Positions 1 through 12,422 of a stretch of DNA of 64,000 bases are shown piece after piece. The notes under the pieces were generated by a model. The model searched no databases, was not told the DNA's origin, and was given only the letters and a program-made list of their open reading frames with translations. The stretch lies in the NCBI GenBank assembly GCA_949358305.1, contig OX442314.1:20584001-20648000 (forward strand), read 5' to 3'. Position 1 is the stretch's first letter. Every line of letters starts with the position of its first letter. This DNA is from Strigamia acuminata. Lineage: Eukaryota. Position numbers and translations under genes: made by a program.

Positions 1-16
1 ATCTTCTATTTTATAG

Positions 17-3000
17 AAAAAGGTTGCAGCAGCTGAAATAACTGAGAAAATAATTGATGAAACACGTAGCCAGTATATTCCCGTGGCTGTTCGTGCTCAG
101 ATTCTATTCTTTTGCATGTCGGGGCTTGCAGTTATTGATCCGATGTATCAGTATTCGTTGGAATGGTTCCAGGCTTTATACGTAACGTGCATTCGTGATT
201 CGGAAAATTCAGGTAAACGTCAAATTCTTTAATATTAGGTGCATAACTGCATTCAAACTAGTCGAATTAATTTTTTTGAGTAAAACGAGCTTAGGGTGAT
301 GAATAAACACTACTATTTCGACAATTCCGCCCGCAAATTTGATTTCTTTAAATAATTCTAGTGATGCCGAGATAAATTCGGTTGTTTATAATTGTATATT
401 TTTTTTCTAGCTGATTTGAAAGTACGGATTGAAAACGTCAACGAATACTTCACTTTTAATATGTTTACTAGTGTGTGCCGGTCGTTGTTTGATAAACACA
501 AACTTATGTTTGCTTTTCTGATGGCAATTCGTATAAAGATGAATGATGGCGAGATAGATATGGTAAGCGAAGGAACATCGAACATGTGTTGACATGAGTT
601 ATACATTAGTTATACAGTTGAAGGGTATATAATTTTAATGCATGCAAAATAATTTCTACGTTCAAAACTAAAACTAATAAAGCGTAAACTTGAAGCTTTC
701 AGGAAAATTTCATTTTTCTGCTTGACTTATTACATATGTTGAGTGGCAACTGTCGGAAGACCAAAAACTAAACATTTATATTCTTTGAATTTTGTATCTC
801 GTAAATAATACGATGTTGTTGCATTAGAAGTGTGGAAACTATTCAAATTGCGGTACTGTTTTCAAAGAATAGAGAGACAGCTAACGTGTTTGTCTGGAAT
901 TTATATTCTTCTTTGGCCAGCATGCAGCTTTTAAAAAGACAAATTTTATTCATTATTTTATGACTCTTTTTGGCCTAGACCCACTCTTTTCTGCTTGGCA
1001 TTATGTCAGAAGTCACAAACATCGAAAAAGCAAGGTCGTTATTCGCAAATGGAATAAAATCTCGTAAATCTCGCGAAACATTGGTGTGTTATAGGAAATA
1101 GTAAATTACAATTATTTTGGCCTTGTCGTTTATGAGCTTGGGAATTGGACGCACACGAATGAGTAGTTTAGGTCTCCTCGACAGAGAAGCTAATTCTGTG
1201 GTAATATTTGTGTTGCATCAACTATTACTTTGGTGTTAAAGTACGTTTTCTTCTCGGAATCGCCGGTTATAAAGAAACCATTGCTCTTTGTTTTGTTTTC
1301 AAATATTCTTTGTTTGTTGAAACAATAGGGGGTCGGTTCGGAGTCGTTCAAACATAAACTGCTACATCTGCCCTGTGGTATCGATTACGGTTCAACGAAC
1401 AATGGCGAGAAAAACAAGAGACATTTATTTTTATCTTTACTTATTTTATTTCTTTTATGGTGTTGGGTGACTATAAGTTGGTCACAAAAGTTGAGAAATT
1501 GGACATAAAGGAAATTTAAGTGCTTTCTAGTCTTTAATATATGGGGTAGCCATTCTTATATTTCACGGAAACTGAAAACTATGCGCGATCGTAAACAGGA
1601 GTAATGTCTTAGGAGTCCTTTCATCAATTAACGTCCGTACCAATAAGACTTGGAAATTTTGCTCTTTATAAATTTATATCTAGTCATTTACAAACACATT
1701 TTTGGATATAAATACATACAAATCCAAATTTTCATTTTATGACAAAACAAATTCAAATTTTATTAATCAAAGTTAATTTTTAACGAAAATTTTGGTTATA
1801 TCGATTGTATAATTTAATTGCGTAATATCTTTTCATTTCAATTTGCATAAATGAACAATAAGTATTTTCGAATCAATATTCTCATTATAAAGTTTCCTTT
1901 TTTTTCGTATTGACCTTATTTATAGATCTCAACAAAAAAGTAAATCATTTTATAACACAATCATAATCACAACGATGTTTTCATTCTGCTACGGCATGAC
2001 AAACAAGAAAAAAAACGAGTGATAAGAAAAATCCACTTTGTCACATGTCAGTTCCCAGAGCCATATTTCTCGTATCCAAATTACTTTCTCGAGGTAAATT
2101 TGAAATTGAAAGTGAAAACTTTGTGCTGACGCTGCTACCACTGCTGTTACTCGTGCTCATCTGTAGACATTTGTGAGCTTTTCCAGTTGCTTTTTTACCA
2201 AACGACGCAAAGGGAATTCGAACGCATCGCATAAATATGGATGTGATGGCAAGTCGGAACTCCTTCCGGAAACGTGTGTTGAAAAGTGCATACAGTACAA
2301 AATTAATAGAATTATTTGTCAAAGACACTACATTATTGATCATAAAGGCCCATTTGTACGTCTTGCTAGTGTCTAAATCATTCCCGAAAACCTCTTCCGC
2401 CACCGGACTTCCTGCAATTGCGCTTATAAAAGTTGCAACGCTTGTAAGACTCGTGATAAGTATAAGTGTAATCGTCAGTCTCTGCTGTTCGTGGTGATGT
2501 TGTCTGGTTACGACATCAAACACAGTGTTCAGTCGAGTGTTGACACTGAATTGGGGCATGAGTTTTCGTCGATTTGTATTATTTTCGTGAATTAATCTGA
2601 TTAACGCAATGTTTAGAGTCGCCATTATAATGGTAGCAAGCACCTCGAATACAGTTATGGAGCAATGCACCCAATAACTCAAGGAGTTGTAGTACGATGC
2701 TGCTTGGATTACGAGGGGTTTTTCGGGTGATTCTGGGATTGACTTGTTTGGGGTAATGTCACTGTTGTTAACCATACACGGGAAGGTCTTCACTAACAAG
2801 ACGAGCAATTCAGCACTTGTAATATTGAGCCAAACTCGAATTTCCCGAGTTTGATTATTATTAAATTGTTTGTGCTCGCGATCTTTATTGACAGCGCCGT
2901 AAATTAAGGCTGATGAGTTTGTTTCCATTGAATCCGGAGCAGTCAAGCGCTCCAGATAATTAGATGGGGACCAATTGTGCTCGGTGGAATGATGCCGTTG

Positions 3001-6000
3001 TGGAATTTGGGATTTCTCTGCTTGTTTATCGATTGGAGCAAAAGTTCCATTGATGATAGAGAAAAGGCCAAATGAGTCGTCTTCCATTATTCCTTTTCGC
3101 GTGGAGGTAATTTTTTGGCACATCCTCATTTGAATGAAATTTAGTGGAATCGGGGAGCTATCAATCAGTTTTTGCAGCGTTTGCGGCGATTCTACGAGTA
3201 CAGAGTCGCCTCCATCAACACGGCTTTGCATGATTGCAGGCTCTAAGCTGCCACTTTGGGTTTCGTATCCATTCAAAATGCAATATGGAATTGATGCAGT
3301 CTCGTGATCGTGCGGAAGGGGCAGAGTACACTCTATGAGCACGAAGGGTGGTAAAATCGGGAGTTGTATCACTTCGCCTTGGATTCTCGGCACTTGGTGG
3401 AGTTTGTACATGAAAAAGCGTGGTAAATTAATACCGACGGCGACGAGCACAACGACGAATATTGATAGTTTTGCTTTGCTCCTTGTGCACAGTTTTTTGG
3501 CTTTGAATGGACACCGAACGAATACGTATCTCTCGATTGTCATTGCAGCGGTGATGAAGGTGCTAGAATGGTGAGCCATGTTAATAATGGGGAGATAGAT
3601 AAAATATTCAAAAATTCGCCCGGCGAACATTTCTTGATCGTTTAAGTGGCAATTACCGCACCTGAAAATGGTGGAATATTCCGTTTATCACGGGATTGAT
3701 AAATTAAAGATAATTCACTTACCTAATTGCGCCTATTCCGAACATCAGTATCAATACTAAGAGATCAGCGACAGCTAGCGCTGTTAAATAGGTGTACGGA
3801 GAGTCGTGTAGCGATTTTCTTCTGAGAACGAAAAGGCTAAGCAAATTTCCAACGATTCCGAAGCCTGCGATAACTCTTGCTACGAACACGTAGCAAATAC
3901 GTTCAGCGTCGAGCAATTCCGGTGTCATTTTAATTAGATTTAAGTGTACATAGGTCACGATTTCAATTAGCTACAATCGAATTGGAGTGGAATGGAAATT
4001 ACTCACAGTTGAACTCAATCATTAGTCTTGGTCTGCAGAGGCAAGAAATTTAAATGATGCAAGTGGCGTTGTGACTGATAAGCTTAACTTTTTCATTAAC
4101 AACATGTCAATAAATCAATCGACATACGGACGATGTGAAAGCAACGTTACGTACCTTAGTTGCGTGTTTACCCTTAAAACTCTAGCGTAATAAAGTGAGT
4201 AATTAAGTAAGTTATTTTTGCTGGGTAAACAATAATCATCTTTGCTCTTTGAGTTTTGAAATCAAAGATTGTTTGTTTGTCAATATTGTTTTGCGAAAAT
4301 TGAAAATCTTTTCTCTGGCTGTTGTTCCCCTACCTAATGGCTGCAGTTCAGAAATCTATCGCTTAAAATAATGCCAAAATACCAATTATACTGGCAATCA
4401 CCCCAGTTTGTTAAATTCATGTCGTTCCTTATTTGGCTGAGTTGATGACAAAAAATAATTAAAATTAAAATTCAAAAAAATAATTATTTTTTGTTTTTAA
4501 GAAATACGATTGTCATTATTTTCAAATTTATCTACACTTTTATATCCTGGAAAGCTTACCACTAACCAGGTGCAAATGACAATTTACAAGTCATTAATTA
4601 TTTTCTTGATTCATTTATGGAAACAGATTATTTATGATACTGCAATTTTGTTTTACATTTTGGTTTCCAAAACATGTTTTTTTTTAGTTTTTTTTTCTTG
4701 GAGGTTATTTCTTTCTACAAAAAGGTTTTTAACATGTAGCGCAGTTTATTTTTATGAAGCAGATCACAAATTCTTATTGGTCGTTTGCAGCTGCATGGAC
4801 AGAAATTGTACAATGGCAAATACATTTTCAATGGTTGGGAAGAAACATGTGCGATTTGGTGTTGTTTGGTGTATTTAATCTTCACTAAAAGGAAAAGATG
4901 ATATTTGTTTATCTTTTTCCGTAGAAGAGTAAACTCCATCTATTTTCACTTAGAGCACTTTAATTCTCGTTTCATTTTGGAGCTGTGTAAATATGACAAA
5001 TACTTGTAGTTTTAGGGCATTTTAAGTAAATATATTAAAACTGTTGACAACGCTGTAGAAAATTGAAATTTGGAATGGAAATATCAGAATTTTTGACATG
5101 AATTGTAACGAAATGGGATTAGAAGTAGCTGACAACATCTAACCAGGGGCATTGGCTCGTTTGATCGGTTTTGCACTTATTTTCGCAGGCTGAGTGGAGA
5201 TTCCTTTTGGCTGGTGGAAATCCTGCCTCATCGACTCCTAACCCTAGCCCAGAATGGATATCTGAAAGATCTTGGAATGAAATTCTATCCTTATCTGGTC
5301 TTCCAACATACGCAGAGATAACAAAATCTTTTCAAGAGAACTCCGAAGCTTTTAAAGCAATATTTGATGCCACTGAACCGCAGATGTAAATTTTTGGCTG
5401 TTCGATGTGCTATTTTATTTTATTTTATTTTAAAAATATATTTTTAAAGGGAACTTCTTCCAGAACCTTGGGAAACAAATTTGACTCGTTTTCAAAAAAT
5501 TCTCATATTAAGAGCCATTCGACCTGATAAAGTTACCAATGCATTTCAAAATTACGTTGCGGCTAATTTAGGGCAGAGATTTATAGAACCACAGGTGATA
5601 AATATTTTCTTCAACAAGATAAAATGCTGGTTTAATGCCATATTTTAAATTTAAAACTTAATTGGATTCTTTTTTAAATAGACAAATGACCTGAGTAGTA
5701 TATACAAAGACGGATCGCCTGTTGTTCCTCTTGTATTTATTCTGTCATCTGGAACTGATCCTGGTGGAGATTTAATCAAATTTGCTGATAAGATGAAATT
5801 TTCCAAGAAGATGAGTGCCATCTCGCTCGGCCAGGGACAGGTAACTACATTAAAAAAGAAAATTACTTGTAACATTTTTTTCTGCTGTTTGGTAAGAAAT
5901 GTTTGCCGACGATTTAGGTGTAGTTATAATAGCCCAAAGTAACCAATTTTCATGTTTGATTATATGATTAATATTAAATTACACATTGATTGAAGGTATA

Positions 6001-9000
6001 ATAAAAACAAGACGTCATTTGACGCTAAGTACAGCTTTTAAACTGTTCTGTATGTAACCTGCTTCGTATTATCAATGTTTGTTGTTGATTTAAAATAAGG
6101 AAGATGCCAAACTGTGCCTATGGCGCTGGGATTTCATCGTAAAGTAGATTTACTTTTATGTCCTGGTCTGTCATAGTCATTTGGAGTTTAATAAATCACG
6201 GGCTTACTTTGTACAAAATTTCACGCTTTCGCTCAAAGGCACTACAAATGCTTTGCTATCTTCATTAGCAGTTTGAAGATCGATACAGTACATACCCGAG
6301 TTTTTAGTTTGTGAAGTTGTGCAATATATAAAGAAATAGGACACTCTTAATTATTTTCGGGCAGAAATTAATTTCCCTTTGTGAAACTACACAGGGACCA
6401 AGAGCTGAAATCCTTATGAGAACTGCCATGGAGAGCGGAATGTGGTGTTTTTTTCAAAATTGCCATCTTGCACCTAGCTGGATGCCTTCCTTAGAAAGAC
6501 TAGTGGAAACAGTGGATCCAGAGTTTGTAAGTGTTAACAGTTAGGCCACTGCACTTTTATTTTTGAAAAAGAAACTTCCCCTTAATTTTTCATACATATT
6601 GTATTAGGTGCACTTGGATTTTCGCTTGTGGCTAACAAGCATGCCAAGTCCAAATTTCCCTGCTTACATCTTACAAAACAGTGCCAAGATGACCGTGGAA
6701 CCGCCAAGGGGTATCAAAGCTAATTTACTTCGAGTGTATAGTAGTCTTACTGACCACTACATGGATTCATGCGTTGGAAGGGTAATTTTGTTTCGATTGA
6801 CTTATTTTAGATTAGATATTTAGTTTTTTCGTTTCAGGCGAAGCAGTTCAAGTGTATGTTATTTTCTTTGACCTTATTTCATAGTGTGGTTGTTGAAAGA
6901 CGAAAATTTGGCTCTTTGGGTTTCAATATTGCTTATGATTTTACTGATGGTGATTTTAAGATATGCATGAGTCAACTTTTTATGTTTCTTATGGAATACG
7001 AACAAATTGCATTTAAGGTTTATTTATTTATTTATTTATTTATTTGTTTATTTATTTTGTTGAAAAAGTTTATTAGTTTATTACTTTTAAAAAAAATATA
7101 TATATATGTGCTTGTATTCGAAAAGTTGAGTATGTGTTTTATGTGACGTGTTACTTCTGTCAATGTTTAGGGGAGACACAGTTTTGAGTTCTTGATGTTG
7201 TAGTTGTAGACATATTTTACCACCAAACTAAACTCAATCACATATAGTACAAAATATTCAAAATGAACATAATTACCGGCAAAAAAAACAAGAAGAACTT
7301 TCAAAACACTAGCTGCATTCAAAAAAGTTGTATTGTACTATGCGTTTTTGAGTGCAGATTAGATTGACGAGGAAAAAAATGGAAATCCGATTACAATATT
7401 GATTTTTTTGCCTCACTAATTTTTTTTATGTTTACTTATCCAAATGTTTTCAATCTTTTGAAATTTTTTCCAATATAAGTTAACAGATATTTCGATTTTA
7501 TTTTCTGCATGGATTATCAAACTTATCTTTTCTGCACTTTGCATTGTTAATTTCTTCTTGAAAGCAAGCAGAAATATCAGTGCATGGTGCAGAAAGGCTA
7601 TGATTAAAGTTTTTGTCTCCCTATCTTTCTGATAAAATTGATTTAAAGGCATTCATTCTCATTTATATTCTGTTGTTATTCAATTATCCGGACTTATTTG
7701 CACATTTTAAGTTTACTAAAGAAAGTTTCTTTTGAGTGTGTGTAAATTGAACAACATTTGCAATGCCAATTGAGAGTTCATTTGCTTGTATTATCAGATT
7801 CGCAAAAAGCATTCGAATTAGCTTAGAATAAATTCTATTTCTTCAAAAGAGAAAAATTGGGGTACTCTAATTTGCTTGTTATTGTGTAGGCTACTACTAG
7901 AAATTTTGCTGTCAACACAGTCAAGTATAAACGCTGTGTTGACAGCGAAATTTCTAGTTCACTCGTAATAAATGTAATTTGGAATTGCAGGTTCTCAAGT
8001 ATACAGCCGCTGAAGTGAATTACGGTGGAAGAATAACGGATGATTGGGATAGGAGACTAGTTAAGACTATAATTGACGATTACTATCGTATGGAAGTGAT
8101 GATGACAAATAACGTATTTGATCCCGTGAATAAAATTTATTGGCAATTAGATCCTGAAACAACTACAATAAATGTAAATATATTATTATTCAAATTTGTT
8201 TTGGTCATAGCACATTTACGCGGCTTCAAAATCTAAATATCATTAGCCGGTAACAGCAGTTGCAAATTAATGAGTTTACAATCATTGCCTAACCGAAAAG
8301 TTAATAACATCAATTCAAAACAGCATTGCTGTACAGCAAAAGGCGAATTCGTATTGCTTTAAACAAATCGAATGTTTTTTTTTACAGGATTATGTGGAAT
8401 ACATTCGGTCGCTACCGATCAATGACAATCCTGATATTTTTGGCTTGCACGAGAATGCAAATATCACTTTCGCCCAGAACGAACTCTTTGTAAATCTTCA
8501 AAATCTCTTACTGCAGCAACCGCGAACTGTGGAAGTCGGAGGAGGAATGTCACGAGACGATGTAAGGCAGTAATAAAATAGATTGTATTTTTGTTAGATA
8601 ACATAATCAAACCTGAGAGCTCAGCTCAGACGATACAAAAGTTTTTATTCCCGCTCTCGCTGAATTTTACCAGCATTGCTTTAATAATATGTTTAAAGAA
8701 TAATGACTTGAAAAAAAAATGAGATATTATATTAGAATTTACTACTTTTGAGGTGGTGCATTTCGTTTTAGTTGATTGGAGAACTAAATTCTTAATTACT
8801 CGTATGTGAATTTGTTGGTTTATGGTAATCGCAGGCCATTAGTATTAAGCTGCTATTAAATCACATGAAATACACCTGAAAAGCCGTAAATGACTAAAGG
8901 TTGTTTCCACTTTGCAGAAAGATTTATTTTATAATTAATTCAAATAAGGAAACAGTAAAAAATATTAAATTTAGCCCATTTAAATCTTCAGTCCAGTCCC

Positions 9001-12000
9001 ATTCATCTTGTCGCCCGATCTTAACCTTATCTGGCTTCTCTTCCTTACAATGTGTAGGCACATTGAAATACAGTATTTAGGATGACCCTCGGCGAAAAAT
9101 ATTCTTAGATTCAAATAGATGCTATTCACAATGCACCAAGTAGTTTTAATAAAAGGAATGATAAAGTCATCTTTAAGGGTAGATAAGCCCTGAACAAACA
9201 AACCGACAAACTGAACTTTTGTAGGAAACATCTGTTGCCAGGGGAAAACAACAGGACATGGCATCGTAACGTAAAACAGTTTGTCATAACCTAATCCATA
9301 CTTATTTACATGATAGACTGACTCTTTGTTCATGTAATATAGAACTCTTGTAAGATGAACCTTTTAAGAATTTTTACGTGGGTTTTTTTTCTAATCGATA
9401 AGCAATTTGAACTAATGCATTTTCTATGTCATATACATTACATTTATTTGCAATTGAAAGTAATAAGTTGCGGGTTAAATATTAAAGATTAAGGACTTGC
9501 GTGCATATGATATACCCCAAGCTGCAAGTTCGTAATATTGACTGTAAGTCAACATTAACTACATATACCGTATTGGAATACTAATTGAAGGTATAATGTA
9601 AAAGGATATTGGGCTTACTGTACGTTGGCAATACAGAGTATAGTCATCACAATGCGAATATCTGCCCTATACAGATTTCAAATATGGTTCCAACATTTAA
9701 AAATATTGGACAAACATGTAATATTTTACCAATTAAACACCACCAATGGTTACCAATATGGCCGTAATAAGGAAAACAAATGTTGAAAATATGTGGGTAC
9801 AACACCACTTGTTTTGGCAAATACAAAACCAATAAAACCTCTAAGTTATTGGCTCTTCATAAAACCAAAATTACTTGCAGCTTGCCTGTGGTATCACGTA
9901 TCACCACTTTAATTAGTTTATCGGCAGTGCTCTATAATTTCTAAACTTTGTAGTTATTTCTGAGTTAAGTGCACTTAAAGACAGACACAGTGGTGCTGTG
10001 CATCCTTCCGAATGCACTTGTAGAGAATGCTCATTGCAGCGAGAGAGAGCAGAGCGTTACCACAACAACAAATAAAATTTCCTTTATGATCATGAAGCTT
10101 TTCCTGAACACCCAATGGGTTTTAAAATTAAATTTACTTCAAAGAAATTGAATCAAATGAAATCGCAAATCCAACGCTTATACAATTTGTATTTTTAGCA
10201 AATTTATGCAAGTGCTTTACGGATACTGGACTTGGTAGTTCAACCTGTGGACGTGGGCCCAATTCAAGCAAAATACCCCATAGCTTATGATGAGTCAATG
10301 AACACAGTGCTTATTCAAGAACTTCTTAGGTAGAACGCTGCTATATTGCTATGTGATTTGCTATTAATATCCATTTTATTTTGCAGGTACAATACAGTAT
10401 TGCAGGTCGTTCATATAACATTGCGCAACTTGTTGAAAGCTGTAAAAGGATTGATGGTTTTGACAACACAACTGGAAGAAGTTTCCAATGCACTTTTTAA
10501 CAATACAGTGCCTTTAAGTTGGAAGAAAATTGTAAAATTGAAATATCGATTAGCAAAAGCACAAAAACTATCTTTTTATATACTTTTATTGATTGCAGTC
10601 ATATCCATCGTTAAAGCCTCTTGCGTCTTGGGTGGTTGATCTTAGAGCGAGAATGAATTTCTTTTTCAATTGGTGCGATAAAGGAATACCCAATGTAAAC
10701 ATCAATTAATCCATTATATACGTACATACGCAATTTCCGAAAGTTATTTGTTTTTTTCTCCGTTTTAAGACTTTCTGGTTTTCTGGTCTTTGGTTTCCTC
10801 AAGCTTTTCTCACGGGTACTACCCAAAATTTCGCTAGGAAGATGAAAATTCCTATTGATATATTAACTTGGAATTACCAGGTTAGAGATTTTTTTTATAT
10901 CCTTATACTAATATAAAGCGCAAAAAACACCGTAATGAGCTTTTCTTTTCTCTAAATTTTTTAAAATTGAATTTATTGGTAAATTGCAGTCAGCCATTAT
11001 AGTTGCACTATTATACTCAATCTTTAATAAGAAACTCATTAAGTTGAACAGGTGGTTTTTTCCTGCTAAGACAACATAATGCAAGATAATAATGATCGTT
11101 TTAATGAGAATCATTATTATTTTAAAAAATGATTCGCATTCGAAATAGAAGTATAAGCATAAACAACTGCCAGAACATTTTACTCCGTATATTTTTACAA
11201 ATTTTTATATAATTTTTAATTTGTGCAACTAGGGACGCTAAAATCACATTATTATCATAACGTTTTGTATTGATTTAACTTAAGTGAGCAATGAAATTTG
11301 CAGCTGAGCGTTAACTACACTCAGTAAGATAGATTTTTAAGTTGTGTAATGCGAAAGTGGCTATTGGTTTCTTTTCCTTCGCAAAGAAAATAAGATATTA
11401 AATAATTACGTAAAAGAAAGTTTAAACCAACTCCACAAGCCAAAATGGTTTATTTTGTTTTCAGATTTGGTTTGAGAATGTATTTTGGGCATAGAAATGT
11501 GAACTTGGTTGTTCACAAATGCGGCATGCATTGAAGTCCAACTAAGTCAACCATATACGGCTTAAAGGGATTGTTGCTGTGCAATAATTGTGCATGTAAC
11601 CATATTTAGTGCCAGAAGATACACTTTGTCAGCAGCTAAACTCGAACTTCCCTGTATAAAATATTCAAACGCCCCTCTGCCCACAAATCGTTTTTTCATT
11701 TTTAAATTACCGTATTTATTTTTCATTATTTTAGATTGTTCTCGAACATAAAGACAAACTACAACGACCTCCAGATGGATGTTACATTTATGGAATGTTT
11801 GTTGAGGGTGCGCGATGGGATAAAGCTGGGTTTAGCTTAGTGGAATCTAATCCCAAGGAATTATTTACAGGTGGGGAAATTCTCTTAACATTTAAATAAA
11901 AATTTTACGGGTAAGCCATTTAAATTATTTCTTTTTTATTTCAATAGAAATGCCCACGTTTTTATTAGTTCCTGTAGCAAATCGCGGGCCACCTGGCCCC

Positions 12001-12217
12001 GGTATTTTTGTCTCACCAATTTACAAAACATTGTTGAGAGCAGGTAGACCGACAATGTAATTTAACTGAGCAAAGCCAATTAAATTTGTTTTCAGGTACT
12101 TTGACTACATCTGGTCATTCGACAAATTATATTATCCCGGTTGAAGTACCCATTAAACACCCTCAATCCCATTGGATCAAACGAGGCGTGGCTATGGTTT
12201 GTGCATTGGATTATTGA
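17..12217 (+). CDS. DNAH1: Axonemal dynein heavy chain 1-like, 3' portion (5' end outside the window), 17 exons here
   Basis: GT-AG exons join in frame: 17-212, 411-562, 5189-5385, 5450-5594, 5682-5840, 6395-6526, 6608-6781, 6838-7017, 7991-8173, 8388-8561, 10199-10329, 10387-10531, 10599-10694, 10770-10880, 11735-11870, 11948-12043, 12096-12217. Dynein motifs: YIPVAVRAQILFF..IDPMYQYSLEWF, PLVFILSSGTDP, ISLGQGQGP, FQNCHLAPSWM, FRLWLTSMPSP, NYGGRITDDWDRR, IFGLHENANI, GMFVEGARWD. The C-terminus HWIKRGVAMVCALDY* resembles DNAH1. Confidence 0.92.
2041..3928 (-). CDS. Class A (rhodopsin-like) peptide-type GPCR, FMRFamide-receptor/B0563.6-like, nested antisense in a dynein intron (~608 aa)
   Basis: Two exons, 3928-3723 and 3661-2041, joined in frame across a 61-nt GT-AG intron (..GAIR|CGNCH..). 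TM1 GIVGNLLSLFVL, TM2 YLTALAVADL, TM3 MTIERY, TM4 GINLPRFF, TM5 ..TIIMATLNIALI, TM6 LTITLILIT, TM7 INFVLY..NTRFR. Subfamily assignment is tentative. Confidence 0.88.
7896..7958 (+). repeat. Inverted repeat, 25-bp arms and 13-nt loop
   Basis: ACTAGAAATTTTGCTGTCAACACAG / CTGTGTTGACAGCGAAATTTCTAGT, one T:G mismatch. Confidence 0.9.
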
Positions 12218-12422
12218 AAAAGGAGCAAAACGCAAACAGTTTCTTGAACAGAATAATATTTTGTATATTTTGTATTTAAATATGTAATTAAATTAAATGT
12301 TTTAAGATTAATTTGCAATGTTGTGTGGTGAAGTTTGTCCTGCCCTTGCGAGTTTTTTTTAATTCTCCACTTGCCGACAGACGGCACTACTAGTCAAATT
12401 AGTGACTGGAAGCAAAGGCTCG

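Noticed and set aside
2173..3574. Plus-strand ORFs overlapping the GPCR, and similar antisense ORFs over the CUB and tubulin exons
   Set aside because: Shadow ORFs opposite real coding exons, with no independent support.
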